DNA of 64,000 nt, taken from Trichodelitschia bisporula (Eukaryota). The stretch covers positions 744,001-808,000 of the forward strand of contig ML996688.1 in NCBI GenBank assembly GCA_010356995.1, given 5' to 3'. A program made the position numbers and the translations under genes. Of the stretch, positions 25,348-36,288 are shown one piece after another (positions within the stretch are counted from its first letter, which is position 1; each line of letters opens with the position of its first letter). Under the pieces are notes generated by a model, which searched no databases, was not told the origin of the DNA, and saw only the letters and a list, made by a program, of their open reading frames with translations.

Positions 25348-26568
25348 ATGACGCGGGCCAGCATCCTCCTTCTTTATTTTGCAGCGATAACGCAGGCGGT
25401 TTCGTTTTCGTCTTCGTCTTCGAGCTCGAGCGGTAACTCCTCCTCAGGCACCGGTCGGGAGGGAATGCTGACGCGGTGAACAGATGCCTCATGCCCTGCC
25501 ACTGTCCCCGTGACAGTGACCCGCTCGACCGGAGACTCGAGTACGAGCTCTGACTCGGGCACCTTCACGGGGAGTGACACGGCCACTACTACGAGTGCAT
25601 CGGACAGCGCGTCGGAATCGGGATCGAGTTCGACATCGGATACGGTATCCGTATCCGACACGACGACGGCCTCTGATACGGCAACCAACTCCGATACGGC
25701 TTCATCGACAGACTCGGCAACGTCCGCTTCCGATACAGCAAGCGGCTCGAGCACGGTTTCCGGGACAGACTCGGCGACGTCCGCTTCCGATACGGCAACC
25801 GGCTCTGACACGATTTCGGCGACGGACTCGGTAACGTCCGCTTCCGGTACGACAAGCGGCTCTGACATGGCTTCGACGACAGACTCGGCAACGTCCGCTT
25901 CCGATACCGCATCTGCTTCGGGCTCAGGCACATCATCGGAATCCAGCTCATCTGCCTCCGACACGTCTTCAGATACTGCGACCTCCGCCCCCACCACCTT
26001 CTCCAGCTCCACCGTCATGACCTCCGTGACGACGTACAACCCCACAGCGACAGGCGATGGGCCTATCCCCGCCGGCAGCGGTGGTGGTGGTGGCGGTGGC
26101 GGCGGCGGCTGCAACGCCGCTCTGACCAGCCCGACGTGCCCAAGCGACAACAACACGACCGGCGTGTATCAGAACTAGTATTACCGGACGCTGTGCGATG
26201 GCGTACCCATTGGCGTGGACGACGTGATTGACGTGCGCAACGAGCCCACGACATACACTCTGCAGGACTGTGTGGCTGCCTGTGTCATGTACAATCTGGC
26301 GCCGTTCCCAAGTCCGGGCTACTGCTCTCTTACATGGTTGGAGGCGACGGAGACGGAGGTTAACGTGCCGTTTATGCGCCGCTGGCTTTATGGCAGGTAT
26401 ACGGTTGCGACGTATGAGGTGGCGAGTGCTCAGAATTCTTATGCGGTTTTGGTCAAGAATGCTACGGCGGAGGCGGAGCTTTGTTCGGGTGGAGGTGGGG
26501 GTGGGGAGACGCCGCCGACGAAGCGGTCGGCGAAATTTTGGTATGGGGATAGGGCCGGATTGGAGTAA
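25348..26568 (+). CDS. Secreted Ser/Thr-rich repeat protein with a C-terminal Cys-rich (PAN/apple-like) domain; in-frame TAG at 26176-26178
   Basis: Signal peptide MTRASILLLYFAAITQA and phase-1 intron 25433-25483. ORFs 25510-26178 and 26215-26568 are in the same frame. CPSDN...LC...TLQDCVAACVMYN...C pattern. Confidence 0.7.
25655..25920 (+). repeat. 57-bp (19-aa) coding tandem repeat, about 4.5 copies
   Basis: GACTCGG..ACGTCCGCTTCCG recurs at 25711, 25768, 25825 and 25882 (TDSATSASDTA units). Confidence 0.9.
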
Positions 26569-27597
26569 GGCTTTTGGTTAGGAAGTTGGGGGTTGGAGTG
26601 TTTATGGGGTCAGTTATGTCTCAGCAGCAATTGGCAGTGGTGTTTTGTGGCTTTCTGATTCGAATAGAGTCTAATCATTGCTTTTGGTCCCGGTTTAGTG
26701 CGGTGCTGGTGTTGATGTATGGTAGACATGCGGTTCTCAAAGCTTCTGTGCGTTCTGAATGTGTGCGATGATTGCTGCGGGGGGAGGATGCAGTGAAGAC
26801 TCAATATGGCGTCCGTGTTGCTGCTTGATGTGCAAGCCATACCGCATGCATATCATGGTGCGCCACTGCTACTGACGACTACCTACATCCGTACTTAAAC
26901 CTGGATGAAAATGCTTGTTCTTCCTTCCTTGTGCCAGCCGTCTTCTTCGTGTCTTCTTCGTGTCTTCTTCGTTTCTTCTTCGTTTTCTTCCTTTGTCGGA
27001 ATGGTGTTTGTCCGTCCGTCCGTCCGTCCATCCCAAAGAAACTTTCCAGCCACAGTTCTGCAGCCCCTCGGTTCACTGTTCAGCCTAACGCATCCCACTG
27101 CGAAGTGATACTGGTGTCACATGGCCCTCCAAGTTTCTTGGGCGAGTCTTGTGCGGTATCGGCTGAAGACGATAAGTGCAAATTCAGCAAGCGTGGAAAA
27201 GCATGCATGGGAATGAAGAGCTAGAAGAATTGTTGTAACTTGACACCTCAGGCCCTCCACGCAGAATCAGTAAAAGAAATGGAATGAGACACCACAACGT
27301 CATCCCGCCCTCCCCTCTCTCATTCAACTGACAGCCCCCCGCCCCACTGACGCACCAGCCTGAGCCTGGAGTGTCAGTAGTCACCAGCCCCAGCAAATCC
27401 TCCCAAGCCTCCCAAGGTCACTTTTTGCTCCTGCCCCAAAAGAACAGCCCCAGGCAGACGCCACCCCCGACGCCACCGCCTACTACGACATCGTCATCTT
27501 CGCCAGGACAACCTCGAACCTCGCGCTTCCCTTACCGAGCCACCAACGACTCCTTCTTCCAACCTCCACAGTTCGATAACCACTGCGAAACGCAACT

Positions 27598-29512
27598 ATG
27601 GTGCTGGGCCACAGACGCCACTCTGCAGCCAGCATGCTCAAAGGTACAAAGCCTCACCCTCGCTTCCCCGCACCCCCCCACCTTGAGGCCTCCCTACAGG
27701 GCATTGGGCTGACATATTCGCACCACAGGAGGTAGCCGGTCGGCGTCGGTGGACGACAGCAGAGACTCAAATGGTGAGGACGAGACTGTCGTCGACCCTG
27801 AGCAGGGAAATGGTGCGTCTTTCTCGTCTGCCAGCCGACTGAAGAGTCGCGGCACTACACCTAGCTGTGCGCCCGGCTAACACCATGAAGTCCTTATGCA
27901 CATCATTTCCCAGCTGCGACCGGGCGCCGACCTCAGCCGTGTGACCCTTCCGACTTTCATCCTTGAGCCGCGCTCTATGCTCGAGCGGATAACCAAGTAC
28001 GTGATCGTGGTGTGAGGGAAGGGAGAGGGACTAACACTCGCAGCTTCATGGCCCACCCCGAAACCCTGCTTCCCATGCCTACGATTGAAGACCCTGTCCA
28101 GCGCTTCGTGTCGGTCGTCAAATTCTATTTGAGTGGATGGCACATCAAGCCGCCGTACGTAGGCCCCAACTTTCGCCCCAGTGTTCGACTGTAGCTCACA
28201 GTTTACAGAGGCGTCAAGAAACCCCTGAATCCGATCCTCGGAGAGGTCTTTACCTGCTACTGGGACTACCCCGACGGCACGCGCGGATACTACATCGCCG
28301 AACAAACATCTCACCACCCTCCTAAGTCGAGCTACTTCTTCATGGCACCCGAGCACCACATTCGCATAGATGGTACACTGAAGCCTAGGAGTCGGTTTCT
28401 CGGAAACTCAGCGGCTAGCTTGATGGAAGGCATTGCCGTAATGCACTTCCTCAACCGAAACGAGAGATAGTACGTGCGCTTCGTATTTTATGGATCCTTG
28501 GTCTAACTGGTGCAGCTTCGTCACGCAGCCGAACATGTACGCCCGCGGCATTCTGTTCGGAAAAATGAAGTACGAGCTCGGAGATCACAGCTTCGTGCGT
28601 TGTCCCGAGACAGGGTTGGTTGCCGATATCGAGTTTAAGACCAAGGGGTACTTTGGCGGGACGTATAACGCTATCGGCGGGTTCATCAAGGACTCCAAGA
28701 CGGACAAGAACTTGTTCGAACTCTCTGGCATGTGGAATGGGGAAATGTATATCAAGGACTTGATAGTACGGATGACCATTCCGTCTCACGACTTCGCTGA
28801 CTGTTGCAGACCAACAAGAAGGAACTGCTTTTCGACGCTACACGTGCAAAGGAGACGCCTCCCAAGTCCCGGCCTCTGGAAGAGCAAGACGAGCGTGAAT
28901 CGCGGCGCCTCTGGGCCGATGTAATAGCTGCGATTAAGAACAAAGACCATAACGGGGCGACGGAGCACAAGTCCAAAATCGAAGAGCGCCAGCGCGAGGA
29001 AGCGGCGAAGCGTGCCGATGACGGCGTCGACTGGCGTCCTAGACTTTTCCGGGAAATCCAGGGCGTGCCAGGAACAGAGGGGGAAGAGGACCTTGACTGG
29101 ATTCTTAGCGCGAAGATGTAGGTTCCCGCAACTTCTGAGACGCTTAGTGCTAATGTCTATCAGCGATGGGAAGACGCCTGAAGAAAGAACGAAGCAGATT
29201 CTGAGTATTTACGCCATTCTCCCGGGCCAGGATCCTCCTCAACGGTTTGTCATCCCTTCTCGTCGAGAGAGCCTCGCCAACTCGCCGGTCCTCAGGGCGA
29301 AGCAACCGCATGGGGGACAGCCGCCCCAGGAGCAGCCTATCACCGAGGGCACGCAGCATCCTGACGCCGTGAGCGAAGACATGGCCAAGCTCAATCTGGC
29401 GCAGCCAGCGCGGGGACATGCCGTCGACGACGACAGCATGGCATCGCACCCCGTGCGGCGGCACGATTCGCAGACAAACGATATTGACGAATTTCACGAT
29501 GCAGAGCCTTGA
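27598..29512 (+). CDS. OSH7: Oxysterol-binding protein, OSH6/OSH7 type
   Basis: [59 protein letters not shown] and IEERQR motifs over multiple short introns. Confidence 0.92.
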
Positions 29513-29874
29513 GCTTGCTGGTGTTTCGACACATGCTTCTTTCAACAGTTAGACATGTTTCTTTGGGCGTTTCGACTACCCCCCGTTTCGGCTATGTCGT
29601 GGATTCTTCGGCTGCTGTTAGATTCTAAGTTGGCGCCGGCGAAAGTTAAGCTTTTATGTGATGATGATGGCTGTTTGCGAGATGATGATGCAGGGCGCAA
29701 AATGGGTTCAACCTGAGATGAGGAGATAGCAAAGTGGGATGGTGCATGGCTACGGATGGACGTTGGCTACGTGATGAAGAGCATGGGATCACGTGTTCAA
29801 GACCTGGGTGTTAGAGGTCAGACTCTCGAATTAGGGATTCCATAATGTCAATCCATCAGTCCCTCTGCAAGCAC

Positions 29875-30876
29875 TTATGATCCTTTAACTGCCATGATGC
29901 CCAGAATCACAGCCTCCATCTCCTTGATCGTGCTGTTCGCCGCCATTGCCCCGTTTGGCTGACCTTTCCCGCCTTTGCCCTTCCGCCCCCCGGCATCACC
30001 CCCGCTATCCAGCTTGTAGATTTTGCGTACGCGCGGGATCTCGGCGGTCAAGGCCAGGGTGGCGTCGTTGAATGGGACGCGCTGGCCCTGAACGTGGGTT
30101 GCGAGGTGGGATGAGGGGTCCGGGATGGGATCGGTGGCGGGCGAGTTGAGGACTTTGATCGCGAGGAGGGTGCGCGTGGTATCGGATATGCCGAAGCGGC
30201 GGAAGGACTCGGCGATCTGGTCACGCGAGGATCAGCTTATGCTGGGGATCGTGCTTTATGCGCTGGGACACGGGGAACAAGTTCACGGGGACGGGAAAGA
30301 GATGTATGCCTAAAGCGAACCCGACTGGTGCACTTTGCAGCAATAGTCGAGATTAGAAAGGCAGCTTTTGATCTCCGCGACTGTGAAATGAGGTATGTCA
30401 ACGGATGTTTGGCAACCCTTGCGTAAGCCGCGGGATATATGTGCAGAGCACATTGTGTGTCCGAAGACGATGAAGCAAAGCGAAGTACGTGAAGGAAAGA
30501 ACGACGCAACCGCACTCCAGCGCCGTAGCACTTACATTGTTGTTCGGGCTGAGCGAGAAGACGATCTCAGAGTGCACATTGCGACTCTTCAGCCGGCCAT
30601 GCAGCAGGTCGTTGACCGCGCGGAACACAGCCGCCAGGACATGATTCACGGAGATTATCTACTGGGCGGCGATCAGAGACGCTTCCTCCTGCGGAAGGAA
30701 GAGAGAAGGCGTGGTGATGATACCGTTGAGGCGTCTAGGAACGCGTACTCGAAAGCGCTGTTGCCTTCCAGCAGCTGCTGACGCAGAAACGGCGCGTTGG
30801 CGACGTCGGCGAAGAGCGAGATGTGCACCGGGTGCGAGGCCAAATGTGGGAGCTGGAGCGTCGTACCGTCGGCCAT
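29875..30876 (-). CDS. CGI121: EKC/KEOPS complex subunit Cgi121
   Basis: [46 protein letters not shown] and ending MAVKGS. Intron 2 spans 30217-30535. Confidence 0.92.
30300..30438 (-). ncRNA. Intronic box H/ACA snoRNA, snR5-like (LSU rRNA pseudouridine guide)
   Basis: Hairpin 1 closed by CCGCGGCT/AGTCGCGG. H box AGATCA at 30374-30369. Hairpin 2 with TGCCT/AGGCA and CTCGACT/AGTCGGG stems. ACA at 30305-30303. The 3' pocket is complementary to conserved LSU rRNA AAAGCGAA-UG-AUUAGA. Confidence 0.82.
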
Positions 30877-31158
30877 GATGTGCGCTCGCAGTCGCAGCAC
30901 AAAGGCTGCGGAACTCAGTAGATGAAAATGAAGTGTGCACTTGAGGTCATCTCAAAGCCGCCGAAAAACTTCTCTTATAAACCCGCTCGCTTGCTGCCTG
31001 ACACGCCTGAGGCCAAGGTGCTTATGTACGCTAGCGCCTTTTGCGGAAAGTCCCGCTATCCCATCATTCGACTTCAAGCCGAGCTCAACCTACCTCCTCC
31101 TCTACAATTCCAGCTACCCACTCCCCTCTACCACCACTCCCTCCCAATTACAGGCACC

Positions 31159-31999
31159 ATGTTCCGCCGCACCGCCCTGTCCGTCGCGCGCGCCGCCCCG
31201 CGCGCCCCAATTGCCGCGCGCAGCTTCTCGGCCGCGCGGATCGTGCGTCGTACGTCGCCCGTCCCGCCCTTGCAGACCCAGCGCCGGGTGTCTCCAGTCC
31301 CTCAGAACAGAGCTAACATGGGCTTAGAGGAGGCGAAGAACAGCGACCCTGTCCCGGGGCAGGCATCGGCGGACCTCAAGTCGTTCAGCGGTGCGTAGCG
31401 GGCCGCCCACACGGGCCTCGGCGCCTATTGAAAATGACCAACGCTCATTGCATTGCAGAGATCAAGACGGAGGAGGATCTTCTCCCGCCCGGTGCGCCGC
31501 CCGGCACCATGCCCACGGATCTGAATCAGAGCACGGGTCTTGAGCGTCTTGAGATTTTGGGCAAGATGCAGGGGATTGATATCTTCGATATGAAGCCGCT
31601 GGATTCGTCGCGGAAGGGTGGGTTGGGCACTTGCTTGAGTTGGATGTGGGGACTAATGTGTGGCAGGCACCCTTGCTGATCCGATCGTTGTTCGCTCCAT
31701 GGGTGAGGAGCAGTACGTCGGCTGCTGCGGTGTGCCCGCCGACTCGCACCACCAGCTGTGGCTCGTTATCTCCCGCGACCGGCCTATTGAGCGCTGCTCC
31801 GAGTGCGGCAACGTCATCAAGATGGAGTACGTCGGCCCGGAGGTGACTGACCACGGCCATCACGACCACCACGGCGCTGGTAAGCTTCTCATCCCAGCGT
31901 GCATGTCTAATCGCTAATGACCAAGACCACGACGGTGTCCACAACTATGAGGGTGAGCCCAAGACCATGGCCGACTTCGTGAAGCCCGAGTACCGGTAA
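31159..31999 (+). CDS. COX4: Cytochrome c oxidase subunit IV (COX5B family), mitochondrial
   Basis: Presequence MFRRTALSVAR, PTDLNQSTGLERLE, and zinc site YVGCCG...H...RCSECG. Four introns. Confidence 0.95.
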
Positions 32000-32441
32000 A
32001 TTGCTGCTGCTTATTGGCGCGTGGACAGCGTGCTGGTAGGGTGTGGCAGCCACGTCCACGGGCGTATGTACATGCATGCTCGATTTGGGCTATCTTGAGT
32101 TAAGTCGCATCGCAGATTGTAGACTAGGTAGAATTGACGGCGTGGTATGCGTGGTGCAGTACGTTAGGCTGTGTTGCATTGTGATGTTCTTGCGGTTCTA
32201 CTCTACCGAGATCTGCCTCGGCTCTCAAGCATGTGGGTTCTCTATTCACGTTGTCTTACCACAAGAGGGGAGGTTAACGTTTTGATTCTGACCAGTCTAT
32301 GTCTCTCTACTAGTCACGATGAGCGCGTGCACGTCGTGAGCCTCGGGATATCAATAATAGGGGGAAAAGGACCGCCGACAAGCCAACCACCAGCAAAGCC
32401 AATGTATGCGAGTCTCGCGGTACCCAGGAATCATTCTCGAG

Positions 32442-33436
32442 TCAAAGGTTGTTGTCTTCCTTTCCATCGCCCAACTTCGGAAGCGCCGTGTTCAAGAAGC
32501 CCTCAAGGTGGTCGATCTCGTCCATATCGGCCGAGTGCGCGAGGTTGCTATCACCGTCAGTGTCCGTCTGGCTCAAACCACCCAACGTACGGATAGGTCC
32601 TGAAGTCCACCTTGTACCCCCAATCCTTGAGCAACTTGGACGACGTGGTTCCCCACTCGTACTTGACCACCTGATCCTGATCGCCATGCGCCATGAAGAC
32701 CTGCGTCTCTTTGTTCGCATCACCCTTCGCGTCAACCAGGCTCTTGAACTTCCCCGGCATGAGTACGTAGCAGCTGAGCGCAAAGATGCCGCCCAGGCGC
32801 TCCGGATAGCTCAAGCCCGAAAGCAGCGCAATCGCGCCGCCCTGGCTAAATCCGCCGATTATAATGCGCGAAGCCGGTATCCCCGCCGTGACTTCGTCAT
32901 CGATTAGGCTCTGGAAGAAGTCGCGGGAGCGAATGATGCCGGTCTCGTCTTCGGGCTGGTTCGGGGCAGGGTAAGAAACCTAGGCCGTCAACCTCCAAGG
33001 GTGCTTGGGGGAAAGGAAGCGGGTCTGCACCCTTCTTACTAGGTCGTACCAACCCGGCATACGCATCCCGCCATTCTACACCATAAGTGTTATGTCCAAA
33101 GGCCCGTGGGCCGAGGAGGCTGACTACGCACCAGCGTGATGGGGATGTTTGGCGCGTTCGGGAAGACGAACTTGACTTCTTCGAACTTGTTCCGTCGGCG
33201 CCAGTTCTCGGCGAGGAAGAGCCTGACATGGAGCTCACCGTTAATGGCATCTTTCTGGGGATGGTAAGGAGTGGTGGAGCAAGGGACGCTCACCAGCCTG
33301 CTCCGCTGCGGGGTGTTAGCCTGGGGGTCCAGCGCGGGGTAAGTCCATCCTACCTATCTCCCAGGCCGTGGGCTACGATCACAGTGGCTGTATGGCGCTT
33401 GAGCGCCGGAACCACAAGGGCCGCTGCACTGGGCAT
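32442..33436 (-). CDS. APT1: Acyl-protein thioesterase 1 (phospholipase/carboxylesterase)
   Basis: AHGLGDSGAGW (with a 12-nt exon at 33305-33294), FVFPNAP, MPGWYD, GGFSQGG, FMAHGDQD and LAHSA. Confidence 0.92.
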
Positions 33437-33706
33437 CTTGTCAATACACAGGATCTTGTGATACTAACGAAGGACAGGTTGTTGGAGCTGTTCAATCGTC
33501 TTCGCCCTGTCCCCTCCACTGTTCAAAACGTCCCAGCAAGCCACGGCGGTTTCGGCGCCCGGACTCCGAAGAGGGGGTGTAGCGCTTTGTCACGTGAACC
33601 CGCTAAGGTTACCCGTTACGTCCTAGCGGCCCTTGAGCACACTGGCCAATGAACGTGCTGCATTTTGGAGCGTAGATAAATTCCAACGTCCAATGTCGAT
33701 ATTCTT

Positions 33707-33990
33707 CCATCCCAAACCTCCTCTCCGTGAACCTTTCCTCCCAAACCTTCATCATTCACCGTTTTCTGCAGTTAGGTACCAAGCGCTGGGCACGTGACGG
33801 CGGAAACCCACACATCGCGACCACAGACAGCGAAAGCAAGCTTCCCGTCCGAAGCCTCCTTTCTACGAACTTTTCATCCCAAACCTTCACCATTCACACT
33901 TCGAGCCAACGAATCACACAGCGCATTCACCGTTTTCTACAGTGAGGTGCCAGGTCACGGGCACAGGGCAGCGGACACCCACACATCACG
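33707..33990 (+). repeat. Degenerate direct duplication in the APT1/glycosylase intergenic region
   Basis: A ~68-bp unit starting CATTCACCGTTTTCT occurs at 33753 and 33924. GAAC.TTTC.TCCCAAACCTTCA.CATTCAC occurs at 33729 and 33867. Confidence 0.7.
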
Positions 33991-34345
33991 TGCTCCTACC
34001 GCGACAACCTCAAGTTTCCAAGATCAAACCTTTCCGCCAGCTTTCCAGAAGCTCAGACGTTCCTGCCTCGTTCTCTCGACTCCGGAGGACTCGGCCGAAG
34101 GTTTTTCCTGGTCATCTACGGTTCAGGGTGGTCATTGTCACCAGAATCTTTGTAAGTAAAACCCGAGGCCCTCTCCTTGACTTGCGAACTCCACACATCA
34201 TCACTCCACATACATCTTTCATTACTATACATATACCCAACCCGCAAACTGAACAGGATCATTACTGTTCCTTACCTTATGATATATATCATTAACCCTG
34301 AACTATTGTGTTCAGTCTTTACTTCCTCGCTCAATCTTGAGCACC

Positions 34346-35935
34346 ATGTCATCGTCTCTCAGGTACTGACAATTAATATCTCAGATCTCCGGTCCAATTG
34401 CTAACTCAGGAAGAGACGTGACCATCACCATGACTTCGTCGCCTCAGGACGCTGTTGCCTCGGCCAATGGCCCTGTAAGTCCCAACCCCCCCTTTATCAT
34501 TTCCACAATAACTCACACCACTCAGTCCTTCCCTCCGAAAAAGTTGGCGCCGATCTCTCTTGGGCGTTCTCCGTACCCCAATCATCAGCATCCGACCGCG
34601 GAGGAGGCTACAGAGGTCACCAACCGCCTCATGAAGGTACACGAGCCCGTGATCCAGCCGACGAAGGTTCCACCGCCGTTGAAGAACGTCGCGACCTGCG
34701 GCGAAGTCCCGTCCGTCCTCGACGCCCTCGTTCGGACTCGAATCTCCGCGGCGACCACTTTCGACAAGGCGAACGCGACCATTGCCGCTCTCGTCAAGAC
34801 TTTCGGCGAGTCGGAGTCCTGCTCGGGCACCGTCAACTACGAGAAGGTGTACCAGTCGTCGCCGGACGAACTGGAACGCGTTCTGCGCATCGGTGGTCTT
34901 GCAAAGATTAAGACCAAGGATATCAAGGAGATGCTGGACTACTGCTACCAGCTGGTTCAGAACAGGATCGATCCTGCCGATCCGATGTCCGCAGAGCGTG
35001 AGCTTCTGGAGTCGCTGCAGTACATGTTCAACCTTTCGAAGGAAGAGGCATACCAGGAGCTCAACAAGTTCCCTGGTGTCGGCGTCAAGACGGCGGCGTG
35101 TGTCATGCTCTTCTGCCTTAAGCAGCCGACCTTTGCAGTCGACACGCATGTCTTCCGCATCGCGAAGTGGCTCAACTGGGTGCCTGCGAAGGCTAACGAA
35201 ATCAAGACCTTTGCGCATTGCGACATGCGCATCCCGGACCATCTCAAGTATCCGCTGCATCAGCTGTTCATTACCCACGGGAAGAACTGCCACAAGTGCG
35301 TAGCTCAGACCAAGCCGGGTTCGAAGGAGTGGAATGAATCCTGCTGTGTGCTCGAGGACCTCCTCACGCGCACCAAGTCCGAGCATTCGAGGCCGACTCA
35401 CCGTTCCTCCGACGCTGAGGCCGTAGCATCCCCCGTCGACGCTGAGGCAGAGGCATCTCCTCCCGATGCTGAGGTAGAGGAACCCCTCCCCTCCTCCTCT
35501 TCCGACGAGTCCGACTCCGACAAGATCGTTATGTCGCAGGATCCCAACCAGGGTATCATCAAGAGCGAGCCCGGCAACCCTCGCAAGCGCTCCATAGCCG
35601 CCCTGGCCCCGGTTGAGGAGGATGATTCCGACCACGCCGACGACGCGGATGCCTTCCCTCCGGAGACCGACGACTCGGGTGATGACGACTTCTCCCCAAC
35701 CGGCAAACCTGCCAAGCGCTCCAAGGTTGCAAAAGGCAAGGCCGTCGCCACTCCTGCCACGCGCAAGGCTCTGCCGCGCAAGGCCAAGAAGGAGTCTCCG
35801 AAGCAGATCCATCGCAATCCGCTTTACACCGACATGCGCCCCTTCCCCGGTATGCCGTACAAGAAGGACGAGGACGACAAGGACGACGGCGTTCCGGGCC
35901 TGTTGGGTGCTGGCAACGCTGTTGACGCCAACTAG
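34346..35935 (+). CDS. HhH-GPD superfamily DNA glycosylase (endonuclease III-like) with acidic/basic C-terminal tail
   Basis: VLDALVRTRISAAT, HhH motif LNKFPGVGVKTAACV, FAVDTHVFRI and LHQLFITHGKNCHKC. Start is either 34346 (with intron 34363-34413) or 34430. Confidence 0.88.
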
Positions 35936-36288
35936 CACCCCACTGGGGCCGCTCTTCGGTCGACATCTAGGATGGTTTTTTTTCCCCTAGTTTTATCATG
36001 TATCGTTGTGGGTGGGCGGCTGATTGCATTGCGTTCCAGCATGGCGTTCGGATATGGGGGATCTAACTGGGTGTTGATCGTGTGGTATGTTTTCTGCTTC
36101 GGGCGTTTCGGACAGGATCACAGATACCCATGGGGGGAGTTTCGGATCTTCATAAGAAGTAGAATACACAATATTCTGCAATTGCCTTCCCAGTGACCGT
36201 GAGACAAGCATGTATCAAGTTCCTAACCGCAGACAATACACGATAAAGCCCCAACGCCTTCCCATTCCCCTTTCAGGTGCAACCCAGC

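Noticed and set aside
25655..25920. Regularly spaced repeats resembling a CRISPR array
   Set aside because: In-frame 57-bp coding repeat in a eukaryotic gene; the intervening segments are homologous rather than unique spacers.
25374..26156. 260-aa acidic repetitive minus-strand ORF
   Set aside because: Mirror of the Ser/Thr repeat gene, which has the signal peptide and intron on the plus strand.
29655..29720. GTGATGA...CTGA box C/D-like arrangement
   Set aside because: Only ~58 nt, embedded in GAT microsatellites of a 3' UTR, with no convincing rRNA guide.
34406..35938. 510-aa minus-strand ORF
   Set aside because: Antisense shadow of the GC-rich glycosylase gene; no motifs.
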